DNA from: a bacterium
GTDB lineage: Bacteria > Patescibacteriota > UBA1384 > CAJBMM01
Direction: 5' to 3'
Assembly (NCBI GenBank): GCA_027364665.1
Contig: DAHXOW010000044.1
Coordinates: 1 to 38,148 of the forward strand
Length of the DNA: 38,148 bases
Part shown: positions 1 through 6,377 of the stretch, one piece after another
How the letters are laid out: each line of letters opens with the position of its first letter
Numbering within the stretch: the stretch's first letter is position 1
Translations under genes and position numbers: made by a program
The notes under the pieces: generated by a model
What the model saw: only the letters and a program-made list of their open reading frames with translations
The model's database searches: none
Told to the model about the DNA's origin: nothing

Positions 1-1
1 T

Positions 2-199
2 CACGTAAAAGCAGGTAATCAGCGCGACAAATTAGCCAATGTTTTTATTGCTATAATCTGTCTGGCCAATAATTATGACCTTGATTTAGACGTGATTATT
101 AAAGAAAGGCTGAGATGGATTTTGAGCATGACAGAATTGGCAGATCAGGATCCGGACAGAAGGGAGAATTTGAAAAATTCGCTGAGATACCAGCGGTGA
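2..199 (+). CDS. C-terminal fragment of a MazG-like (all-alpha NTP pyrophosphohydrolase) protein; 5' end outside window
   Basis: Frame 2 is open from the window edge to TGA at 197-199 (HVKAGNQRDKLANVFIAIICLANNYDLDLDVIIKERLRWILSMTELADQDPDRRENLKNSLRYQR). The LANVF..LANNYDLDLDVIIKERL stretch resembles the last helices of MazG-type proteins. A terminator hairpin follows. It is absent from the supplied ORF track because there is no start codon in the window. The family call rests on pattern memory only. Confidence 0.4.
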   Translation, partial: HVKAGNQRDKLANVFIAIICLANNYDLDLDVIIKERLRWILSMTELADQDPDRRENLKNSLRYQR

Positions 200-219
200 A
201 AGAAGACGAGACATAAATC

Positions 220-256
220 GGAAGTGATCTAATCGCGGTCACTTCCTTTATTTTTT
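220..256 (+). terminator. Rho-independent terminator after the MazG-like gene
   Basis: GGAAGTGA (220-227) pairs with TCACTTCC (239-246) and is followed by TTTATTTTTT (247-256). Confidence 0.6.
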
Positions 257-302
257 ACTATTTGTAATCAAAAATGATTCAAAACGAATCAAATGAAGTA
301 TT

Positions 303-509
303 CTAGTATGATTTGTGACTATTCCTGATTTTTTTGATAAATTGAGCCGCAGCATTTTTGCCGATTATTAGATAATACGATATCAGTTTAGCTTTGGTTT
401 TATCGATGGTTGTTTCTTCCCGTCTATTACCGCTGTGAACTGAATCGACTAATTCCGGCTGATATCTTGCGACGAAGCTTCTAAAAGATTTGGAGGCATA
501 TGTTGACAT
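303..509 (-). CDS. Hypothetical 68-aa protein (possibly a degenerate ParE/RelE-like remnant)
   Basis: ATG-to-TAG ORF with no Shine-Dalgarno. Its start codon lies beside the left arm of the inverted repeat in front of vapB. KTKAKLISYYLIIGKNAAAQFIKKI loosely follows the N-terminal ParE pattern A..DL..I..YI......AA.F...I, but the ORF stops right after it. Confidence 0.3.
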   Translation of the reverse strand: MSTYASKSFRSFVARYQPELVDSVHSGNRREETTIDKTKAKLISYYLIIGKNAAAQFIKKIRNSHKSY

Positions 510-540
510 TCGTTTTACGATTTAATACGTTCAACATATG
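497..540 (+). promoter_or_regulatory. Putative vapBC promoter/operator: 10-bp inverted repeat overlapping TTGACA-17-TACGTT
   Basis: CATATGTTGA (497-506) is the exact reverse complement of TCAACATATG (531-540). TTGACA sits at 503-508, then a 17-nt spacer, then TACGTT at 526-531, then 6 nt to the vapB ATG at 538. There is no SD upstream of vapB. Confidence 0.45.
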
Positions 541-774
541 AATATAAGCACAGTATCATCAAAATATCAGATTGTCATCCCAAAAGAAATACGCCGAAAA
601 CTTAAAATAAAACCCGGCCAGCGAATGCGATTAAGGGAAACCAAATCAGGCGATATCATAGTTAATAGTACTTCCGAGATAGAAAAATCGTACGGCATTC
701 TTCGTGGTGTTTGGGGCAAAAACAGCGATAGTTACATTCAAAAGATGCGAGAAGACTGGGATGATCACACTTGA
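538..774 (+). CDS. vapB: AbrB/SpoVT-fold antitoxin (VapB-like)
   Basis: The N-terminal SKYQIVIPKEIRRKLKIKPGQRMRL is a typical SpoVT-AbrB swapped-hairpin motif. The protein is 78 aa and its stop overlaps the start region of the downstream PIN gene. Confidence 0.8.
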   Translation: MNISTVSSKYQIVIPKEIRRKLKIKPGQRMRLRETKSGDIIVNSTSEIEKSYGILRGVWGKNSDSYIQKMREDWDDHT

Positions 775-1186
775 TAGCAATATATTTATCTATCATTTTG
801 ATGATAATCCCGAATTTGGTTTTCTTGCAAAAGAATTATTAAAATCAATCGAATCTGGTAAAATATCTGCGACAACGTCAGAATTAACGCTCACCGAAGT
901 TTTGGGATTCCCTGGACTAACAGACAAACAAGCAGGAATTATTAAAAGTGAGATGACCAAATCAGGGGTTAGGTTTATCAAAATCACTAGAGAAATTCTG
1001 CTGCTAGCTTCGACGTTACGGCGCAAGTACAACATGCGTACACCGGACGCGATTCATATAGCAACAGCGATCGAGACCAATGCACAATACTTTGTCAGTA
1101 GCGATCACAAATTATTACGATATAAAATACCTGGCGTTAAATTGCTCACTCTCACAAAAGTTGAGGAAATATACACTCGTTTTTAG
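761..1186 (+). CDS. vapC: PIN-domain ribonuclease toxin (VapC-like)
   Basis: MITLDSNIFIYHFDDNPEFG carries the first acidic PIN residue. ELTLTEVL and TPDAIHIATAIE...FVSSDHKL match later PIN motifs. I place the start at ATG 761 (Met20 of the supplied 704..1186 ORF), which overlaps vapB by 14 nt as usual for TA pairs. Confidence 0.8.
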   Translation: MITLDSNIFIYHFDDNPEFGFLAKELLKSIESGKISATTSELTLTEVLGFPGLTDKQAGIIKSEMTKSGVRFIKITREILLLASTLRRKYNMRTPDAIHIATAIETNAQYFVSSDHKLLRYKIPGVKLLTLTKVEEIYTRF

Positions 1187-1641
1187 AACTGCATTAAAAT
1201 ACAGCCGATAAGCAATTAAAACCATTGTTTCATCAACAACTTAATCTTATCCAAAGCAAATAAACTGTGTATTAGATAATTTAATGTCTTGCCTTAGGGT
1301 CTTCTGAATTGATGCTAAAAGGTTGCAGCCGCCCTCTTATCCGTTAATCATTTGCTCTTTTCTTTAGGCCAGGAGAGATTTTCTGGCTTCAACTAAATGC
1401 TTGCGTTTGCTCATTCTATTTATGGATAATCTCTGGCTTTGTTAACCGAACATTACCCAACACTCCGGGAAGATTTTAAATTAGTTAACGTATTATCTTT
1501 TTGTATGATTTTTCGTTATCTGACTCTAGACCACCGTAAGTGTTTAAAATAGCGCTATAATGTTATTGTGTTTGAGAGAGTCCTTACTAAACCGTGGTTC
1601 TTTTGTTTTGAATCAGCTATTGTACCAGGTGATGGCATCAG

Positions 1642-2823
1642 ATGAGCAGTGAAAATAAAATAAAAATCGTCCAAATTATTGCCGATTCCAGTCTTTCCGG
1701 GGCACCGGCAACTGTTTTTAATTTTGCCAAATATGTAGATAAAGAGAGATTTGATTTTATTTGTGTCTGTCCTTTAGGTCCTTTGTCGGATAAGCTGCGG
1801 GAAATAGCCGGTATCCGAGTAATCGTTGATCAAATGAATTCCAAATGGAATCTTTTGGCTATCGGTCGTCTTCGTTCTTTGCTTAGAAAATTAGCTCCGG
1901 ATATTGTTGACTGCCAGGGTGTTAGAGCCGGTTGGCTGGGCAGATTGGCTGCCGTCGGCCTGTCGCCAAAACCGAAAGTGATTTACACCGAACATTTATG
2001 GACCAAAGAATATCATTTGAAAAATCCGTTTACTCAGCGAGTGCAACTGTCATTGTTAAAATTTCTGGATCTTTTTACAGATAAAACAATCGCCGTATCT
2101 CAGGCGGTTGCTGATTTTTTAACTGACAGTAAAATCACCACGAAAGATAAAGTTGTCGTCCTGTATTCAGGTTTACCGCTACCCGCTTGCAAACCGGTCA
2201 AAAAAGAATCGGGTCTTACTATCGGTTTTGTCGGCAGTTTAGTTGAAAGAAAAGGACTCGGAACTTTACTAAAAGCTTTACTGAAAGTGATCAAAGAATT
2301 GAATAATTCCGGCCTGAAATTAGTGATCGTCGGTGACGGGCCCGAAAGGAATAATCTGGAGTTGATGGCAAAGGAACTAAATATAAGCAAATATGTCCAA
2401 TTTACCGGTTCGAGCAATCAAGTTGACCGGTTGTATTCCTCGTTTGATCTCTATGTTCAACCGTCTCTAGACGAAGCTTTCGGTTTTGCCGTTCTGGAAG
2501 CAATGAGCCACGGTTTACCGGTTATCGCCTCTCACCTGGGTGGATTGGTTGAAATTTTAAAAGGCAGGCGAGATTTCGACGGAACCACGGAAATGACCGA
2601 ATGCGGGATTTTAGTCAGACCGGCTGATCCGGATGCTCTTGCCAAAGCAACGCTGCTTTGTTTAAAGGATGATGAACTGAGGCAAAAATTATCCAAAGCA
2701 GCAGTTAATCGCGCCTCGGATTTTGAGATTCACAAGACGATCAAAAAAAAGGAAGATTTCTATTCCGGATTCAAATTGGATTTTTCACAAAAACCTGCGA
2801 ATAAGACTATCAAACGATCATAA
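1642..2823 (+). CDS. Family 4 (GT-B) glycosyltransferase
   Basis: N-terminal IKIVQIIADSSLSGAP. C-terminal GT1/GT4 nucleotide-sugar motif YVQPSLDEAFGFAVLEAMSHGLPVIAS...GGLVEIL. SD AGGTGA lies 9 nt upstream. Confidence 0.85.
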   Translation: MSSENKIKIVQIIADSSLSGAPATVFNFAKYVDKERFDFICVCPLGPLSDKLREIAGIRVIVDQMNSKWNLLAIGRLRSLLRKLAPDIVDCQGVRAGWLGRLAAVGLSPKPKVIYTEHLWTKEYHLKNPFTQRVQLSLLKFLDLFTDKTIAVSQAVADFLTDSKITTKDKVVVLYSGLPLPACKPVKKESGLTIGFVGSLVERKGLGTLLKALLKVIKELNNSGLKLVIVGDGPERNNLELMAKELNISKYVQFTGSSNQVDRLYSSFDLYVQPSLDEAFGFAVLEAMSHGLPVIASHLGGLVEILKGRRDFDGTTEMTECGILVRPADPDALAKATLLCLKDDELRQKLSKAAVNRASDFEIHKTIKKKEDFYSGFKLDFSQKPANKTIKRS

Positions 2824-2904
2824 GTGCAAAATTTATCATCCTCGTTCCAACAATCCGTATTAGCTTGGGCGGAACAGTCAATGGCCTTATCTGTTGAAAT
2901 CAGT

Positions 2905-2941
2905 ATAAAAAAAGACTCCCCGGTTTCTAATCAAGGGAGTC
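2905..2941 (-). terminator. Hairpin with U-tract on the minus strand (likely terminator for the nucleotidyltransferase gene; may also stop GT4 transcripts)
   Basis: GACTCCC (2914-2920) pairs with GGGAGTC (2935-2941). On the minus strand the stem is followed by TTTTTTTAT (2913-2905). It lies between convergent genes. Confidence 0.45.
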
Positions 2942-3176
2942 AGGTTTAATTCTACGAGGCTGATTGAGCGTGATACCGGCTTGCGGTATCTACGAAGCAA
3001 CCGAAGTAGAATAATGTTTTAATCGGGATCGGTTTGGTTAAACGTTCTCCGTTTTTCTCAAGTGCTACAAAGTTTGTATCGAAGTTTACCGCCGGATCAA
3101 AATACGGCACATTAACTTCGAAATTATCTAACGCTTCGTCTCATTTAGAAGTCCTATTAATTACACTTCAGGATAA

Positions 3177-3509
3177 CTATTTTATTGAGATGCCGTATTT
3201 TCTGATCTCACTGGCAAAAGTACTCCACTTATCATTAAGATCGTTTGGGTGCAGCGGATGCGGTTCTATTTCATAGTTTTTTTGACGTAATCTCATTAGC
3301 CTCAGACGTTCTTCGAACGTATCTTTGCCGAAAATAGGAGAAATGATTGCCAGATCAATGTCGCTATCGGGCCTCGCCGTTCCTTTGGCCTGAGAACCGA
3401 ATATCAATGCCTGCTCGACCGGGATACCGCTTGCCTCAACCACTGCTAAATAATTCTTTGCCAGTTTAATTATTTCTGGATTTAATTCGTCAACTGTTTT
3501 CTTAGCCAT
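3177..3509 (-). CDS. Minimal nucleotidyltransferase (MNT, Pol-beta superfamily NTP_transf_2)
   Basis: FGSQAKGTARPDSDIDLAI matches the GS-x(9-12)-DxD nucleotidyltransferase motif. The protein is 110 aa, with a GAGGAA SD upstream. Confidence 0.8.
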   Translation of the reverse strand: MAKKTVDELNPEIIKLAKNYLAVVEASGIPVEQALIFGSQAKGTARPDSDIDLAIISPIFGKDTFEERLRLMRLRQKNYEIEPHPLHPNDLNDKWSTFASEIRKYGISIK

Positions 3510-3739
3510 TGTCGCAATTCCTCGCTTATTTTAAACCACTCTTTGGCATATTTGTCGGATGCTTTTTTATGTGATATTTCCTTCATTTTCTAAGCTTTGC
3601 AGCCAATTATTGACCTTATTTTTTTTGTTCGGCTGTCATAGTATAATCGTGGCATAAAATTGAAAATTGCCAAGATAAGCTTTATCCGACATGAATACCC
3701 TATAACGGGTTTGAGGTTAAAGCTTTTACCATCAGTTTA

Positions 3740-3748
3740 TGCTATACT
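3740..3748 (+). promoter_or_regulatory. Extended -10 element (TGCTATACT) for ddl
   Basis: TGn + TATACT at 3740-3748, with only 9 nt (gcaaccgat) to the ddl ATG at 3758. That stretch has no SD-like purine run. Confidence 0.4.
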
Positions 3749-3757
3749 GCAACCGAT

Positions 3758-4873
3758 ATGAAAAAAAATCTGGTAGTTGCTTTCGGCGGTCCTTCGGTTG
3801 AACATGACGTTTCGGTTGTCAGCGCCGTTCAGGCAATGCGTTATGTCGATCGTGACAAATACCGCCTGATCCCGATTTACTGGAACAAAGAGGGGCGTTT
3901 TGTTACCACCGACAAACTGAGCGATGCTTCTTTGCGCCAACCGACACTCTGGAAGGACGAAGTATCGTTTGATTACAAATCATTGTTGATATCTCCCGCC
4001 TCGGCTTTCTTTCGTCCTAAACGGTTAACCGTTGATTATGTTTTGCCAATATTCCATGGACACGGAGGCGAAGACGGGGCTTTTCAGGGTTTGATTCAGG
4101 TAATGGATGTCCCCTGCCTCGGTTCCGGGGTTAGTGCATCGGCGATTGGTATGGATAAATTGCTGTTTAAAAAAGTCATGAAATCTTCCGGACTGCCGGT
4201 TTTGCCTTTTCAAGTCGTTTCCGCCGGAGAAAAAATAGCCTCAGTCGACTTCCCTTTTCCGGTAATCGTTAAACCGGCGCACTTAGGCTCCAGTATCGGA
4301 GTAGCCAAAGCGGAGAATCTACCCCAAGTTAAATCTGCCCTAAAAACAGTCTTTGACTTGGATAATCTGGCGATTATCGAACCGTTTTTGGAGCCGATGA
4401 CCGAGATCAATTGTAGCGTAATCGGAGGTGGTGGTAAGGCTAGTCAAGCTTCTTTGTGTGAACAACCGATGCCACGCGACCAGATTCTGTCTTTTGCCGA
4501 CAAATATTTACGAGGCGGAAAAACAGCTAAAAATAAAACCTCCGGAATGGCCGGGGCCGATCGGCGAATCCCCGCCCCGATCAGTAAAAATTTGACCGAT
4601 ATGATTAACGAATTGGCCATTAAAGCCTTTGACAGTTGCCAATGCAGCGGAGTGGCCCGGGTTGACTTTATGGTGGATAAAAATCGACGCGTTTATATTA
4701 CCGAAATCAACACAATCCCCGGTTCATTGTCCTTCTATCTTTGGGAGGCAAGCGGTCTCAGTTACCGGGAATTGATTGACAGGCTGGTAGATATTGCCGG
4801 CTCGGAATATCGTCAGAATCAAACCTTACGCAGGGATTTTCCTTCGGAGATTCTCAATAAATTGGCTGCCTAG
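3758..4873 (+). CDS. ddl: D-alanine--D-alanine ligase
   Basis: The N-terminal VAFGGPSVEHDVSVVSA, ATP-grasp core PVIVKPAHLGSSIGV and C-terminal ARVDFMVD...YITEINTIPGSLSFYLWEASG are all typical Ddl. Confidence 0.93.
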   Translation: MKKNLVVAFGGPSVEHDVSVVSAVQAMRYVDRDKYRLIPIYWNKEGRFVTTDKLSDASLRQPTLWKDEVSFDYKSLLISPASAFFRPKRLTVDYVLPIFHGHGGEDGAFQGLIQVMDVPCLGSGVSASAIGMDKLLFKKVMKSSGLPVLPFQVVSAGEKIASVDFPFPVIVKPAHLGSSIGVAKAENLPQVKSALKTVFDLDNLAIIEPFLEPMTEINCSVIGGGGKASQASLCEQPMPRDQILSFADKYLRGGKTAKNKTSGMAGADRRIPAPISKNLTDMINELAIKAFDSCQCSGVARVDFMVDKNRRVYITEINTIPGSLSFYLWEASGLSYRELIDRLVDIAGSEYRQNQTLRRDFPSEILNKLAA

Positions 4874-4881
4874 AACCGGTA
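4848..4881 (+). repeat. Copy A of a 34-nt imperfect direct repeat (authentic 3' end of ddl)
   Basis: AGATTCTCAATAAATTGGCTGCCTAGAACCGGTA. It matches 28/34 positions with 4997-5030. Confidence 0.8.
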
Positions 4882-4947
4882 AACTATCTAGCTATATCCG
4901 TTTTTAATTAGTCCCGCTAATTCGTTTGTCAATATTTCGGTGAGTGT

Positions 4948-4980
4948 GAATCCCCGAAATTAGCTTATTTCGGGGAATTC
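4948..4980. terminator. Strong hairpin between convergent ddl and the murF-like gene (putative bidirectional terminator, no clear U-tract)
   Basis: TCCCCGAAAT (4951-4960) pairs with ATTTCGGGGA (4967-4976) across a 6-nt loop, extended by GAA/TTC with one bulge. Confidence 0.5.
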
Positions 4981-4996
4981 AAGCTAATGAATTAGA

Positions 4997-5030
4997 AGAT
5001 TCTCAATAAACTAGCTACTTAGAACCAATA
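4997..5030 (+). repeat. Copy B of the 34-nt repeat (relic ddl 3' end overlapping the murF-like stop codon)
   Basis: AGATTCTCAATAAACTAGCTACTTAGAACCAATA. All 6 differences from copy A are transitions. In the ddl-equivalent frame it reads KILNKLAT*, versus EILNKLAA* in ddl. Confidence 0.8.
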
Positions 5031-6377
5031 GGTATCCGGGAGCTCGTTTTGAATCAGAACCGTATCCCCGATCGCTAACCTACTTTTAAGTAAATTTGGG
5101 GTTTCTGATTGTCTAGACGATAAAACAATCTTTAATTTGGGGTTGTCGAGTCCTTTTTTAATGTATTTGGCTAATCTGGTATCGGCCAGAATAAGCAGAT
5201 CAACATTTTGGCCGATCAGTCGTCCGTATTCCCGGTTTGCTGATTGTTCGTTGGCACCCTGATCGACAATGCCACCGGTAACTAAAACACGTCTCCCCTT
5301 CTCTTTTCCAAGTTTTTCTACCGCTGCTCTGGCGGTTTCCGGACTGATGTTATAGCTGTCATCAATGACAACTATTCCGTTTGATTCGATTACCTCGGCT
5401 CGTCTGGTGTAAGCGGTCAGCTTTCTTAATCCTTCGGCTAACTGGTTTTTGCTTAACTCAAAATATTGACCGACCGCTGCCGCCCCAGCCGCATTTGTCT
5501 GTAAATAATCGGTTTGCAAGACTTTTGGCCAATGATCCTTCTTAAGCATTCGCTCGATCTCCTTCCTCTCGAAGGTCTGAAAATCGTTTTTCAACTTCGG
5601 GGCTATTCTTTTCGTACCCGGATTTTCTTTATTGATAAGGATTTTAGTCTTTTGAGGTAAGCTGTTTAGATAATCGATAAATTCTCGGTCGATATTATCC
5701 TGGCTGCCGAACGAATTAAGATGCTGTGAACCGATTGCCGTTAACACAACCGCGTCCGGTCTGATCAGCTTATGAAATTTTTGCAGGTCGTTTTTCAGAT
5801 ATTCTCCCAATTCGACGATCCAAAAATCGGTTTCCTGACTCAGGTTTTGACTATCTTCAGCCAGACTTAGTAAGGTGTTGTGGTTATCCTTTGGCGTATG
5901 GCAGTTAAATCCTTCGGATAAAATAATATTAGTAAACCATCTGGTGGTGGTTTTGCCAAAACTGCCGATAATGACCACGGTATGTAAATTAACCAGTTTT
6001 TTTATTTTTTCTTCTCCCTTATCAATAATCCTTTTTTTGCTGTAGCGGTCAAACGGCCAGATGATAATATTTGCTAACCAAACCAGTATTGGAATTGCCA
6101 ATGAGATGAGAAAAATCCAGAAGACAAATTCAAACCAGTTAACAATTAAAATTACCGGATAAAATAAGAAAATGACGTATAAAATAACTGCAATCCAAGT
6201 AATCATCATTGCTTTTTTAGTCCAAACGATCTGCCCGTTTTTCTGTAGTCCGCGGAGATAAAGGCGATCTTTGATCCAGCTCAAATAGGCCCGATTGTCA
6301 TATTCCTCCAATTGGAGGATATAAACAAAATCAACGAATGGAAAGAGTTTGTTAAACCAATTTAGGACAATATTCAT
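5019..6377 (-). CDS. MurF-like Mur ligase (UDP-MurNAc-tripeptide--D-Ala-D-Ala ligase family) with a hydrophobic N-terminal membrane module
   Basis: Mur-ligase P-loop IIGSFGKTTT, MurF-type VIDDSYNISPETA, and C-terminal domain VLVTGGIVDQGANEQSANREYG. The first ~125 aa contain long hydrophobic runs (AMMITWIAVILYVIFLFYPVILIV, FVFWIFLISLAIPILVWLANIIIW). I chose the start at ATG 6377 (MNIVLNWF...) because it forms an ATGA overlap with the upstream gene's stop. The track start at 6410 is also possible. Confidence 0.75.
   Translation of the reverse strand: MNIVLNWFNKLFPFVDFVYILQLEEYDNRAYLSWIKDRLYLRGLQKNGQIVWTKKAMMITWIAVILYVIFLFYPVILIVNWFEFVFWIFLISLAIPILVWLANIIIWPFDRYSKKRIIDKGEEKIKKLVNLHTVVIIGSFGKTTTRWFTNIILSEGFNCHTPKDNHNTLLSLAEDSQNLSQETDFWIVELGEYLKNDLQKFHKLIRPDAVVLTAIGSQHLNSFGSQDNIDREFIDYLNSLPQKTKILINKENPGTKRIAPKLKNDFQTFERKEIERMLKKDHWPKVLQTDYLQTNAAGAAAVGQYFELSKNQLAEGLRKLTAYTRRAEVIESNGIVVIDDSYNISPETARAAVEKLGKEKGRRVLVTGGIVDQGANEQSANREYGRLIGQNVDLLILADTRLAKYIKKGLDNPKLKIVLSSRQSETPNLLKSRLAIGDTVLIQNELPDTYWF

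Noticed and set aside
704-760. Longer N-terminus for vapC (track ORF starts at 704)
   Set aside because: The extra 19 codons lie inside vapB in another frame. The PIN domain begins at MITLDSNIF, and ATG 761 gives the usual short TA overlap.
2949-3012. Possible tRNA-like gene (7-bp acceptor-like stem ATTCTAC/GTAGAAT)
   Set aside because: At only ~64 nt it has no D-arm or T-arm and no GTTCRA T-loop. The central stem is 7 bp with a 5-nt loop rather than 5 bp with a 7-nt loop. It is not a tRNA, and I report it only as a structured element.
2952-3110. Minus-strand GTG-initiated ~52-codon frame downstream of the MNT gene, considered as a HEPN partner
   Set aside because: It has no ATG, SD or Rx4-6H HEPN motif. 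It also runs through the hairpin/repeat element, so it is more likely non-coding.
3034-3276. 80-aa plus-strand ORF
   Set aside because: It overlaps the 3' end of the well-supported MNT gene in antisense, has no motif, and starts in a structured intergenic region.
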